DNA from: Patescibacteria group bacterium
GTDB lineage: Bacteria > Patescibacteriota > Microgenomatia > Woykebacterales > RBG-16-39-9b
DNA length: 56,835 nucleotides
Direction of reading: 5' to 3'
Assembly: GCA_025449635.1 (NCBI GenBank)
Contig: JANWIZ010000016.1
Coordinates: 1-56,835 of the forward strand
Shown here: piece after piece, positions 17,181-27,203 of the stretch
Numbering within the stretch: the stretch's first letter is position 1
Layout: each line of letters opens with the position of its first letter
Notes under the pieces: model-generated
Database searches by the model: none
Told to the model about the DNA's origin: nothing
Seen by the model: the letters and a program-made list of their open reading frames with translations, nothing else
Translations under genes and position numbers: made by a program

Positions 17181-18248
17181 TTATTGTTGATAGTTGGAGC
17201 TAATTGCAGATACGTAAGCAACGAAGCTTTTTCTTACTCCTTTGACTAAACCATCACCTTCAAAAACATAAATTGGTTGAAAATAACGAACTTCAGTAAT
17301 TGGATTGAGATAGGCAAGCGATATTTTCGCAATTTCAACATAATCAAAGACTTCAGAGCCACCAATAACAGCATAACCATTGCCTTTTTTTAGATCGTCG
17401 AGTGCTTTCAGAGGTGTTTTTGGAGGGTAAGTTCCAATTTTTGCTTTATCATAGTGCCAATAAGTATAGTTTAGCTCAAGTAGCTTTTTTTCAGTTTTTT
17501 GTGCAGCAGAAATTAGAACATTGATGGAAGATTTATCAGGGTTTCCTTCAATAACTTCGTATTTATCCTCGAGCTTATCCCTAAATATTTCTACCAAAAC
17601 AGCGTTTGCATCAGAATAACTACTAACCTGATTCTTATCCTTACCAGCTAATTTCCAAAAAGTGATTCTCGATTTACCGTTTACAAGATCTGGTTTTAAG
17701 GAGTTAAAATCTTTTATAAAAGATCGCGCTAATTTAGTGATTTCAGCGTCGTTTGTTTTGAAGATACCCACTAAACTAGACGGATCAGAAACCCAGTCGT
17801 AAGTGAAAACAAAGTTTCCAGTTACTATATTGTATTTTAAATTTCTCGCTCTAACTTTATTAGAAGTAAACTGCCACTCATTTTCAGAAATTTTATCAGG
17901 GTCAGCATCCAAACCGTTACTACGGGCGATTTTTTTTGCATTTTCAAGCGAAGTAAACTTACCTTCTACATTCGGAACTTTATAGACTTTTAGGGTTGTA
18001 GGAGGAATAGGAAGTACACCACCTGGAGTTTCTAAACTAAATAAGTTTGGGCTAGGTACAAAGTTAGCCGTGAAGGGTACTGGTAATTTACCAAAAGCAA
18101 TATCTGGACCGATTTTTTTCGGGTTAATTAACCCAAAGAGGAAAACGAGTAACAACCACAATAACCAAAGAATGAATAGGACAACAAGTCCGATTCCGAG
18201 ATATTTTATGGCTGATTTGAAATTAAATGAGATTTCGGACAGATTCAT
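17181..18248 (-). CDS. Hypothetical N-terminally anchored extracytoplasmic protein
   Basis: 355 aa. It has one strong TM (LGIGLVVLFILWLLWLLLVFLFGLI). No recognisable family. Confidence 0.6.
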   Translation of the reverse strand: MNLSEISFNFKSAIKYLGIGLVVLFILWLLWLLLVFLFGLINPKKIGPDIAFGKLPVPFTANFVPSPNLFSLETPGGVLPIPPTTLKVYKVPNVEGKFTSLENAKKIARSNGLDADPDKISENEWQFTSNKVRARNLKYNIVTGNFVFTYDWVSDPSSLVGIFKTNDAEITKLARSFIKDFNSLKPDLVNGKSRITFWKLAGKDKNQVSSYSDANAVLVEIFRDKLEDKYEVIEGNPDKSSINVLISAAQKTEKKLLELNYTYWHYDKAKIGTYPPKTPLKALDDLKKGNGYAVIGGSEVFDYVEIAKISLAYLNPITEVRYFQPIYVFEGDGLVKGVRKSFVAYVSAISSNYQQ

Positions 18249-18344
18249 GGTTTAGTTAAGTATATCTTTTGAGAGAAAAATAATTCAAGTTAATTTGGCA
18301 AACGAGCTTTAAACCCCTATAATCAACACGTATAATTTATACAA

Positions 18345-19778
18345 ATGAGTAAAATAAGAACTAGAATAGCTCCGTCCCCGACCGGTAGTCCTCACATCGG
18401 AACTGCATATGCAGCTCTTTTTAACTATGTTTTCGCAAAGAAAAACAAAGGAGATTTTATTTTAAGAATTGAAGATACTGACAGAACTAGATTTGTTGAA
18501 GGTTCGGAACAAGAGATAAACGAAGCTCTTTCTTGGTTGGATTTGGATACTGACGAGAGTCCTTTAAAGAAAGGAAATTTTGGTCCTTATCGACAATCCG
18601 AAAGATTGGAAATTTACAAAGAATATATTGAAAAATTATTAACCGCGGGAAAAGCTTATTATTGTGATTGTAGCGAGCAAAGATTGTTAAAAGTACGTGA
18701 AGAACAACAATCAAGAAAAGAAAACCCTCATTATGATCGTAAATGTCGTTATGATCCGCCAATTAAAACAAATAATGCAGTTGTTAGATTGTCAGTAGCT
18801 TTGGATGGAGAAACAGAAGTCGAAGATTTGATCAGAGGAAGAATAGTTTTTGAAAATAAATTAATTGATGATCAAGTTTTAATGAAGTCTGATGGCTTTC
18901 CCACTTATCACTTAGCCTCAGTAATTGACGACCATTTGATGGAGATTAGTCATGTTATTCGTGCAGAGGAATGGCTTTCAAGCACCCCAAAACACGTTCT
19001 GCTATATCAAGCATTTGGCTGGAAGCTACCTCACTTTGCCCACCTGCCTTTGCTTCGTAATCAAGATAAATCAAAGATTAGTAAGCGTAAGAACCCAGTA
19101 GCAGTTGAGTTTTATCGAAGAGAGGGTTATTTACCTGAAGCTTTAGTAAACTTTTTAGCTTTAATGGGCTGGTCGATGCCACACGATCAAGAAATATTTA
19201 CACTTGAAGAGATGATTAATAATTTCACTTTTGACAGAATAGGAACAGTTGGGCCAGTATTTGATGTTCAGAAACTGGATTGGTTAAATGGAGAGTATAT
19301 TCGTGCACTACCTGATCATGAATTAGTAAAACTACTTTTATCAGGATTTACTAAATACAGTAAAGATCAGGTTGAGTTAATAATTACACTAGTTAAAGAA
19401 AGATTAAAAAAGCTTTCAGAGTTTGACAAATTTGTTGCATATTTTTTCGAAGAGGAATTCAATCCAAACGTAGAGTTAATTCAGGTAGTTAGTGGGCATT
19501 CTAAGAATGACACAATCGATAAGCTAAACGACCTTCTTCTCGAAGCAAAAAGAATTGAGAACAATAATTGGGGTAAAAAGAACCTTGAGGATATTCTCAA
19601 AAACAAACCAGACCAAATAGGTTGGTCAAAGACTAATTATTTTCAAACGATTCGTGTTTGTGTAAGCGGCACAAACCAAACACCACCACTTTTTGATATT
19701 TTGGAAGTTATTGGAAAAGATAAAGTATTAAAGAGAATCAGCGCAAATATTTCTGAGCTTGAAAAGCTTTCAGATTAA
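18345..19778 (+). CDS. gltX: Glutamate-tRNA ligase
   Basis: 477 aa. It has HIGH (SPHIGTA), KMSKS-type KISKRK and the RIEDTD motif. Confidence 0.93.
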   Translation: MSKIRTRIAPSPTGSPHIGTAYAALFNYVFAKKNKGDFILRIEDTDRTRFVEGSEQEINEALSWLDLDTDESPLKKGNFGPYRQSERLEIYKEYIEKLLTAGKAYYCDCSEQRLLKVREEQQSRKENPHYDRKCRYDPPIKTNNAVVRLSVALDGETEVEDLIRGRIVFENKLIDDQVLMKSDGFPTYHLASVIDDHLMEISHVIRAEEWLSSTPKHVLLYQAFGWKLPHFAHLPLLRNQDKSKISKRKNPVAVEFYRREGYLPEALVNFLALMGWSMPHDQEIFTLEEMINNFTFDRIGTVGPVFDVQKLDWLNGEYIRALPDHELVKLLLSGFTKYSKDQVELIITLVKERLKKLSEFDKFVAYFFEEEFNPNVELIQVVSGHSKNDTIDKLNDLLLEAKRIENNNWGKKNLEDILKNKPDQIGWSKTNYFQTIRVCVSGTNQTPPLFDILEVIGKDKVLKRISANISELEKLSD

Positions 19779-19803
19779 CCTAATTGTTGCTATCATAAAA
19801 GCA

Positions 19804-21096
19804 ATGGGTTTATTGTCTGCCAAAATCGATCCTAGTTCACTCGCCGAAAAGGAAAAATTCCATCGTTATGAACGAATTTCCGAATTGTTTACCTATTTAG
19901 GTTTGTTCGGGGCATTTTTTTTAAGCTTTCTACCATTTGATTTTCCAATTGAACGTAATGGTTTATATGTACTATTTGGAGTGGTGTTTGTTTTTTGTTT
20001 TATTTGGTTTAGGCTAATCCCTAAAAAATATACAGGTTTAATTAAGACATTAATTTATTATTGTGCAACTATTTTTTTTATTTTTGTCGGTGTTCATTTT
20101 ACCCAAGGTATAAAAAGTTTCGCGATATTTTATTTCTATCTCGTTGTTTTAGGTGCTGGTGTTTCGTTAAAAATACGCTATTATTTCTCAATCGTTTTAC
20201 TAATCGCAACGATGCTTATAGCCGAGGCTATTTTTTTTGAGAATGGTTTACCATTGAATCAGAGGTTAATTTTAGCATCACTTCATATATGGGCATTGCT
20301 CATAGTTGCTTTGTTCGCTAAATCAGTTTTTGATGAAGAAATTAGGGCAGAAGCTAGAGAGGATTCGGTAAAGCTAAAGAGCGCAAAACAGATAGATACT
20401 GTTAAAAATGAGTTTGTATTTGTTATTTCAAACAAACTTAAGCAACCAATTCTTACCCTTCAGAACTATCTTGAAAATGTTTTAAGAATCAAGAACCAAC
20501 AATGGACCCCTGATTTTTTGGATTTACTCAATAAGACAAGAGAAAATTCACAAAGATTATCAGGACTTGTGAATGATTTATCAGATCTTTCTCGTATAGA
20601 AAATCAAAGCTTGAGACTAGATATAAAAGAAGTAAATCTAAACCAGTTGATTGGTTCAACTCTCTCAGATTTCACTATGACAGCAACTGAGAAAGACATT
20701 AAACTAATTTATGAACCAAATGTTGAAACAATTATTGTTAAGGCAGATTCTTCGCGAATGCACGAAATTCTGGCGAATCTTATTGACAACGCAGTGAAGT
20801 ATTCGCCAACAGGTAAGACAGTGATAGTTCTTTTTAAAAAAGTAGGGAATTTTGCTCAAATAGAAGTAAAGGATTCTGGTTACGGTATCCCAGATGAAGC
20901 CAAAGCCCATTTATTTGAAAAATTTTATCGGGTGAATAGAAGCTCAACAGAACCAAAAGGTACCGGGTTGGGTTTGTTTGTAACAAAAGAATTGATAGAG
21001 CGCCAAGGTGGAAAGATCTGGTTCGATAGTCAAGTTGGTAAAGGTACAACATTTTACTTTACTTTACCTCTCAATCAAAAAAATGAAAGAAAATAG
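19804..21096 (+). CDS. Multi-TM histidine-kinase-like protein with a degenerate H-box (no phospho-acceptor His)
   Basis: It has about 6 N-terminal TMs. The DHp region reads EFVFVISNKLKQPILTL where kinases have SHELRTP. The N box LIDNAVKYS, G1 DSGYGIP and G2 GTGLGL are intact. ATG 19804 is preferred over the TTG at 19759. Confidence 0.8.
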   Translation: MGLLSAKIDPSSLAEKEKFHRYERISELFTYLGLFGAFFLSFLPFDFPIERNGLYVLFGVVFVFCFIWFRLIPKKYTGLIKTLIYYCATIFFIFVGVHFTQGIKSFAIFYFYLVVLGAGVSLKIRYYFSIVLLIATMLIAEAIFFENGLPLNQRLILASLHIWALLIVALFAKSVFDEEIRAEAREDSVKLKSAKQIDTVKNEFVFVISNKLKQPILTLQNYLENVLRIKNQQWTPDFLDLLNKTRENSQRLSGLVNDLSDLSRIENQSLRLDIKEVNLNQLIGSTLSDFTMTATEKDIKLIYEPNVETIIVKADSSRMHEILANLIDNAVKYSPTGKTVIVLFKKVGNFAQIEVKDSGYGIPDEAKAHLFEKFYRVNRSSTEPKGTGLGLFVTKELIERQGGKIWFDSQVGKGTTFYFTLPLNQKNERK

Positions 21097-22414
21097 TACA
21101 AAAACTGTCCAACAAGGCACTATCGGAAACATTAATAAGGAAGATGTTAAAAAAAAATTTCTTAGGTTAGGAAGGCTGAGAGAAGCCTTTGTTGTTAGTT
21201 TTGTAGTAATAGGATTGATAATAATTCAATTCCCAATACCCAGTTCGTTAGCCGATACCCCAATAAAATTTAACTTTGTAGGAATTTATGTGACCTCTCT
21301 GTTTCTGGTTATTTTTGCTTTTTCATGGCACCGTATGATTAAGTTTAAGTTGGACGAAGAGACAAAGTTTTTCCTCGAAACAATAATTTATATAACTGGG
21401 ATCCACGCGATAGTAGTATTTACAGGTGGGACTTACAGCTATTTTACATTTCTATACTTTTTACCAGTTTTAAATGCAGCAGCAAATATAAATCTTAAGC
21501 TTGCTATCACAATCTCGGTTTTTTCTTCTTTTCTCTTAGGATCTCATTTGTATCGGTTTTTAGGTCAAGATGAGTTTATTAATGCTTTTAGTCTATTCTT
21601 CCTTAATTTATTTGGTATTTGGATGGTCACCGCACTTGGAAGATTTTTAGCAACAGAAGTTGTCGTGATCTTAAAACGTCAGGAGGAGTTTGAACTAGAA
21701 CAACTCAAGCAACTAGATAAACTTAAAGACGAATTTGTATTCATCATCGCTCATGAACTCCGTAGCCCCATAACTGCAATTCGAGGTTATATTGAGCTTA
21801 TGACAACAGATCAGAAACAAAAAATTGAGGGTGAATTAAAAGGTTTATTACAAAAGAGCTTTTCAACTAGTAACAAACTAGCAAACATAATCAGCCTACT
21901 TTTGGAAGTAGCTCGAGTTGAAACAGGAAAAATAAGATTCTATCTTCAGAAGATTGATCTCAAGGACTCTATTGATTTGGTGGTCAAAGAATTGAAAAAA
22001 GATGCACTAGAAAAAGAGATACAAGTTACCGTTAATATTCCACAGGAAAATTATTTAATGATAGATAAGGAGAGATTGGAAGAAATACTGCATATTGTTA
22101 TTGAAAACGCGATTTTCTTTACCCCTGAGTATGGAAAAATTCTAATCTCGACCCAAACAACAGAAAAGCAGGTTTTGGTTTCTGTTTCTGATACTGGGGT
22201 TGGTATTCCTCCAGAAATGCAAAAGAGAATTTTCGACAAATTTTATACAGAAAATGATACTGACGGTGAGGTTAGAATAAAGGGATATGGAATTGGTTTA
22301 TATATCGCGAAGCAACTTTTGTTAAGAATGAATGGAGATATTACGTTCGATAGTATTGTTGGACGTGGTACAACTTTTACTTTACATCTCCCAAAATATT
22401 GGTCTTTTGGTTAA
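21083..22414 (+). CDS. Multi-TM sensor histidine kinase (canonical H-box)
   Basis: It has H-box EFVFIIAHELRSPITAI, N box VIENAIFFT, G1 DTGVGIP and G2 GYGIGL. ATG 21083 overlaps the upstream gene by 14 nt. Confidence 0.85.
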   Translation: MKENSTKTVQQGTIGNINKEDVKKKFLRLGRLREAFVVSFVVIGLIIIQFPIPSSLADTPIKFNFVGIYVTSLFLVIFAFSWHRMIKFKLDEETKFFLETIIYITGIHAIVVFTGGTYSYFTFLYFLPVLNAAANINLKLAITISVFSSFLLGSHLYRFLGQDEFINAFSLFFLNLFGIWMVTALGRFLATEVVVILKRQEEFELEQLKQLDKLKDEFVFIIAHELRSPITAIRGYIELMTTDQKQKIEGELKGLLQKSFSTSNKLANIISLLLEVARVETGKIRFYLQKIDLKDSIDLVVKELKKDALEKEIQVTVNIPQENYLMIDKERLEEILHIVIENAIFFTPEYGKILISTQTTEKQVLVSVSDTGVGIPPEMQKRIFDKFYTENDTDGEVRIKGYGIGLYIAKQLLLRMNGDITFDSIVGRGTTFTLHLPKYWSFG

Positions 22415-22475
22415 GGTAAGAATGAATCAAATCAATGAAGCTATGATATCATTAATCCAGTATTAAATCCTGCCA

Positions 22476-23753
22476 ATGATAATTAAAAACAAAGATTTAC
22501 TTGCTATTAATCCAATTCGTGAAAGAGCCTTAAGTATAATTGAAGCAGGTTTATCGGCAATCGATACCAAAGAAGTTCTTAAACAATCAGTAAAAATAAA
22601 AGGTGACTTCCTTTTTGTAAAAGGACAAGCATACGACCTCAAAACATTTCGCCACATTTTTATGGTCGCCTTTGGAAAAGATTCTTTTGCGGCATCAGAG
22701 CAACTTGCAGAAACTTTAGGTGATAGATTGACGGACGGTGTAATACTTTCATTGAAAGCAGGGTCTATACCAAAGTTAGAAACGTTTCAATGCACCCATC
22801 CGAAACCTTCCTTGAATAATATCGTAGCAACAAAAAAAGCCCTTGAATTGATCGATAAGGCAAACTCTGATGATTTAATAATCCTAGTAATTTCTGGTGG
22901 TGGTTCTGCTATGCTGACCGCTCCTTACAAAATTACTTATGAAGAGAAATCAATGATAGCTGAAGAGTTAATGAATTCTGGAGCAGATATTACTGAATTA
23001 AATACTGTGCGTAAGCATCTTTCAGAAGTGAAGGGTGGTAGATTGGCACAAAGAGCGTACCCAGCGACTATGTTGACTTTAATATTTTCAGATGTGATAG
23101 GAAACAATTTAAGTACTATTGCTTCTGGGCCAACTGTAATTGATCATACGACCATAGACGACGCCAAGAAAATTTTGGAAAAATATAATATTTCTGAAAA
23201 AGTAGCTATGGATAACCTTGAATTAACAGAATCTCCAAAAGAAGTAAAATTTTTCCAAAAAGTGGATAATTATCTAATTGTTGACAATTCTGTCGCTACT
23301 GCAGCAATGGAGGACAAGGCTAGAACCCTAGGGTACTCTACAAGAATTTATTCTAATAATCTTTCTGGTAATGCTCATGCTGTGGGTGAGATGTTAATTA
23401 AAGAGTGTCGGAAGAAGGAAGTGTTGATTGCAGCTGGAGAAACTACAATAGAGGTTTCTGGAGATGGGGTTGGGGGTCGATGCCAGGAGATGATTTTAGC
23501 AAATTTAAAAAATATTAAAGATAATCAAATTCTTATTTGTGTTGGAACAGATGGTCATGATCATTCTGACTTTGCTGGAGCTATTTGTGATACTTATAGT
23601 TTAAAACGGTCTAAAGAGGAAAAACTAGATCCAACGGAGTATTTGAAAAATAATGATTCGTTTAGTTTTTTTAAGAAAGTTGCTGAAGGTATTGATACTG
23701 GTTTATTAGAATCAAATGTAGCCGACTTAATGCTGGTGCTTAAGGATAAGTAA
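22476..23753 (+). CDS. Glycerate 2-kinase (MOFRL/DUF4147 family)
   Basis: 425 aa. It has ISGGGSAMLT, LNTVRKHLSEVKGGRLA and the C-terminal MOFRL region GTDGHDH...TGLLESNVADL. Confidence 0.85.
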   Translation: MIIKNKDLLAINPIRERALSIIEAGLSAIDTKEVLKQSVKIKGDFLFVKGQAYDLKTFRHIFMVAFGKDSFAASEQLAETLGDRLTDGVILSLKAGSIPKLETFQCTHPKPSLNNIVATKKALELIDKANSDDLIILVISGGGSAMLTAPYKITYEEKSMIAEELMNSGADITELNTVRKHLSEVKGGRLAQRAYPATMLTLIFSDVIGNNLSTIASGPTVIDHTTIDDAKKILEKYNISEKVAMDNLELTESPKEVKFFQKVDNYLIVDNSVATAAMEDKARTLGYSTRIYSNNLSGNAHAVGEMLIKECRKKEVLIAAGETTIEVSGDGVGGRCQEMILANLKNIKDNQILICVGTDGHDHSDFAGAICDTYSLKRSKEEKLDPTEYLKNNDSFSFFKKVAEGIDTGLLESNVADLMLVLKDK

Positions 23754-23754
23754 A

Positions 23755-23955
23755 ATGGAAAAAACGTCTCGTTCAATAGTGAAAACTTTATCATGGAGAT
23801 TTGTAGTCTTAGTTCTTGATTTTCTGATTGCCTACTTTTTCACCCAGGATATAGAGCTTTCAAGTAAATTGGCTTTGGCAAAATTTGTGATTGCTTCAGC
23901 GGTTTATTTTCTTCACGAACGAGCTTGGAATAGAGTTGGTTGGGGAAGAAACTAA
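23755..23955 (+). CDS. DUF2061 membrane protein
   Basis: 66 aa. RSIVKTLSWRFVVLVLDFLIAYFFT...YFLHERAWNRVGWG is typical of DUF2061. Confidence 0.75.
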   Translation: MEKTSRSIVKTLSWRFVVLVLDFLIAYFFTQDIELSSKLALAKFVIASAVYFLHERAWNRVGWGRN

Positions 23956-24530
23956 ACCTTTTTCTTACAAACGTCGCAGGCTACTGAAGTTATAAACTGA
24001 TGTGAATCTGGATTGTTTGGGTCGGGTTTTAGTTCAAAAACCAACATCCCACCGCAACTTGGGCATTTGTAAAAATTAATAAAAGAAAAGTCTTGCGAAA
24101 GTTTGATAACATCTCCATAACCATCTCGGGGAGAGATTCTATAAACTTTTTCACTATCGTTCCCAATTAAGGTTTTGATCTTGCTAATGATTTCGTTAGG
24201 GGAAAAATTGGTTTTGAGCAAATAATCCTTGGCTCCAAGAGACAGAGCTTTTTTTATATTCTCATCGTTCGCAACGTTGCTTAGTACTATCACAGGGATT
24301 TTTTTGAGTTCTGGGTTTGCGTTGAGCTGTTCAAGAACTTGAAGCCCGTTTAGCTTTGGCATTAAGATATCTAGCAGTACCAGGTTTGGCACAGAAGCTT
24401 TGATTTTGTTTAAAGCCTCTTCACCATCAGAAGCAGAATCGACCTCGAAACCTTCGAAAGTGAGTCTGTCAGAATAAATTCTTCTTAAAATTTCTTCGTC
24501 ATCGACTATTAATATTTTTGGTTTCGTCAT
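23952..24530 (-). CDS. Response regulator: REC domain fused to a C-terminal CxxC...CxxC zinc-ribbon-like domain
   Basis: REC motifs are intact (DDEE, LLDILMP, VLSN, KDYLLK). The C-terminal 70 aa contain CPSCGG and CDVCKK. The start overlaps the upstream kinase stop. Confidence 0.85.
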   Translation of the reverse strand: MTKPKILIVDDEEILRRIYSDRLTFEGFEVDSASDGEEALNKIKASVPNLVLLDILMPKLNGLQVLEQLNANPELKKIPVIVLSNVANDENIKKALSLGAKDYLLKTNFSPNEIISKIKTLIGNDSEKVYRISPRDGYGDVIKLSQDFSFINFYKCPSCGGMLVFELKPDPNNPDSHQFITSVACDVCKKKV

Positions 24531-25981
24531 TTTATTTTTGTAGCAGGTAAAACAAAGCCAAAAGTGCTACCCTTTCCTTCTACTGATTCGAACCAGATTT
24601 TTCCACTTTGCCGCTCAACTAGCTGTTTGGCTGCATAAAGTCCCAAACCACTTCCCGAGATCATATTGCTGAGAGGATTCTCAACACGAGAGAATTTTTT
24701 AAAAAGATCCTTATATTTGTCTTTAGGTATTCCTACGCCGCTATCTTTTACCAGTACCCAAACCCCGTCAGTTGTTGAAGTCACTCTCACTTGAATTTTA
24801 CCGTTCTTATAAGTGTATTTCAAGGCGTTGTCTATGAGATTGCTGATGATTTCCTTTGTTTTCTCTGGATCTGCCGTAACCTTTGGCAAATTTGGATCGA
24901 TGGATAAGGTTAAAGTTTGAGAGTTTTCTGAGGATTTTAGCTGTAAACTTTTAAATACCTCGGAAGTTAATTCTTCTAAACTAACAACTTGGAAATTAAG
25001 TTGAAGTCTACCCTGTTCTAGGCGCGAGATGTTAAGTAAATCGTTAACCAAGTTTATCATTCGCTCATTAGCAATTGTTAGTAGATCTAGGTATTCTTTT
25101 TGCCCTTTATTCATCTGTCCAGCGATACCGTCGTTGAGTAGAGAGATTAGGCCCTTAATTTCAGACAGTGGGGTTCGCAATTGATGTGAAGCTATTGAGA
25201 TCAAATCAGTGCGTATTTCTTCAACTTCTTTTTCATGACTTATATCTCGGAAGACAACTATTCCACCAACAATAATACCTTTTTGATTTTTAATTGGAGA
25301 GGAATTGACTGCCACAGGAATTTCAGACTTTCCGCCAGTAACAAGAATCGTATCTGTAGGTAGAGTAACTGATTTACCTTCAAGAAGTACTTCATTTATA
25401 AATTGACCATAACTTTCTTTGGTTCTTTCATTAGTAAATTGCAATACTTGATCATATTTCTGCCCCAGGATTTGATCGCGTCCGATCCCCACTAGTTTTT
25501 CGGCAATTTTGTTGAAAATAATTATCTCTCCTCTTAAGTTGATTGCAAACACCCCTTCCCCAACATTAAACAGAATTGCTTCTGCACGATCTTTTTCTTC
25601 TTGAGCAAAGTTGATACGGTCTCTCATACTTACCCGCAAATTTTCCAAGGCTGTTATTGCTTCGCCAAGTTCAGAAGGGGCGTTACGGTTGAGCTCGATT
25701 TCTAAGTTTCCAGAGGCAATTGACTTTGCCGAAATAATTAAAAAATTCAGTGTATTCCGAACCTTTAAAGCAAGAAAAAGAGTGAAACCAAGGTATAGAG
25801 AATAACTAAATAAAAGAAAACCAAACAAATAAAGCCCCCCAACGAAAACAGCAATTTTTATCTCACTGCTTATTTGAGGTAATAAGTAAAAGATGATAAT
25901 TAAAGAAATGACCCCAATCCCAAGGCTAGTTATGAGGGTTTTAAGAACGATTCCAAATTTTGGCAAAGGCAGTTTTTTCAA
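24527..25981 (-). CDS. Sensor histidine kinase (2 TM, HAMP, PAS, HisKA, HATPase_c)
   Basis: 484 aa. It has H-box SIASHQLRTPLSEI, N box LIDNALKYT, G1 DSGVGIP and G2 GSGLGL. A PAS-like segment GEGVFAINLRGEIIIFN is present. Confidence 0.88.
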   Translation of the reverse strand: MKKLPLPKFGIVLKTLITSLGIGVISLIIIFYLLPQISSEIKIAVFVGGLYLFGFLLFSYSLYLGFTLFLALKVRNTLNFLIISAKSIASGNLEIELNRNAPSELGEAITALENLRVSMRDRINFAQEEKDRAEAILFNVGEGVFAINLRGEIIIFNKIAEKLVGIGRDQILGQKYDQVLQFTNERTKESYGQFINEVLLEGKSVTLPTDTILVTGGKSEIPVAVNSSPIKNQKGIIVGGIVVFRDISHEKEVEEIRTDLISIASHQLRTPLSEIKGLISLLNDGIAGQMNKGQKEYLDLLTIANERMINLVNDLLNISRLEQGRLQLNFQVVSLEELTSEVFKSLQLKSSENSQTLTLSIDPNLPKVTADPEKTKEIISNLIDNALKYTYKNGKIQVRVTSTTDGVWVLVKDSGVGIPKDKYKDLFKKFSRVENPLSNMISGSGLGLYAAKQLVERQSGKIWFESVEGKGSTFGFVLPATKIK

Positions 25982-26076
25982 GACAGCTTCAGTATACCAA
26001 AGGAACTTATTATTAGTTAGTTCTGATTATTTACATATTTAAAAAAAACTTTCTTTCAGGTAAATTAGTTAGGATA

Positions 26077-27177
26077 ATGTCAAAGAAATCAAACAGTTTT
26101 CCTACTAAGCAAAAACTAAGTCTCATTAAAATCATTCTTATTTCAATAACTTTGCTTTTTGCTGGTCTACTTCTCTTGAGCTATTCAAACTTTTACCCAC
26201 CCTTTGTTGGAAAGCAATACATTTTTGCCCTGGACAATTTTGTCGGCTCAATTCCTTTTATACCAAAGACGCCAAAGCAAATCGTTACAAGAAGTCTTTA
26301 TCCCGACAAAAAACTAAGTTCTTACAAAGCAGAAGGCAAAGTAGTTTTAAAGGGAAATAGTCGTGATCAGATTAGTCTTGTATTTAGTGGCAAGGTTAAT
26401 AAAGCTGCTCAATTTGGAAGTGAGTCAAGTCAAAATGTAAAAGGTCAAGTAACAGGAGAATTGAGAGGAGAAATTGATTTCCAAACAGTTGAAAGCAATG
26501 AAAATTTTTACTTTAGAACTTTGGGAAACTTAGGGATTGAAGATTTTGACCCAACTTTACTTGGTCAAGATTGGTATCAGATTGATCGTGATAAGTTTCA
26601 AGCAAGTTTGGGAGTTGAGATAAAAAAAGATGCAGAAATCGCAATTGATATTGCAGAGCAAGCAAAGAAACTCCAAAACGATGTTGTTGGTGAGAATATT
26701 TTTTCAAAACTTCGAGAATCTAAGATCGTTAATATAAAAAATCAGAATTACTTTCAGTATAAATTTACAGTTTCAGAAAAAATATTGAATGGAGCAAATC
26801 CTCTCAGTGGGTATAGTTTGAAGCAACCAGTTTTGACACTCCTAATAAATAAAAAAACTTTTTACCTGGAGAAATGGCAAATTGATGCTGAAGTTGTAGC
26901 AAAAAATAATACCGGACAAAAGGAAAAAATGAGTTTAAAAATTGAATACCAAATCTTCGAGATAAATAAAAAACAAAAAATTGAAATTCCAAAAAATAAT
27001 AAAACCATCTCCCATCCAGTAGAATTGAGTTTAGCTTTTGATGGAAAGGACGAAGGTGATAATGAAGCACTACTGGCAGCAACTGAAAAGGCAATTGATC
27101 GTGGGCAGAATTTCTTAACTATCGAAAGAATATTGAAGGTAACTTTACTACTTCCAAAAGCTATTTACCCAGAATAA
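26077..27177 (+). CDS. Hypothetical N-terminally anchored protein
   Basis: 366 aa. It has one TM (IKIILISITLLFAGLLLLSY). No family was recognised. Confidence 0.6.
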   Translation: MSKKSNSFPTKQKLSLIKIILISITLLFAGLLLLSYSNFYPPFVGKQYIFALDNFVGSIPFIPKTPKQIVTRSLYPDKKLSSYKAEGKVVLKGNSRDQISLVFSGKVNKAAQFGSESSQNVKGQVTGELRGEIDFQTVESNENFYFRTLGNLGIEDFDPTLLGQDWYQIDRDKFQASLGVEIKKDAEIAIDIAEQAKKLQNDVVGENIFSKLRESKIVNIKNQNYFQYKFTVSEKILNGANPLSGYSLKQPVLTLLINKKTFYLEKWQIDAEVVAKNNTGQKEKMSLKIEYQIFEINKKQKIEIPKNNKTISHPVELSLAFDGKDEGDNEALLAATEKAIDRGQNFLTIERILKVTLLLPKAIYPE

Positions 27178-27203
27178 GCTTAGTAAGCTATACTTTAAAA
27201 GGT

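Noticed and set aside
13705-21082. TTG or upstream starts used in the ORF track: 13705, 14013, 19759 and 21008. Later examples are 30197, 38564 and 54627.
   Set aside because: Each extension overlaps the preceding gene or adds a non-conserved, non-protein-like N-terminus. An internal ATG at the family-typical N-terminus is available.
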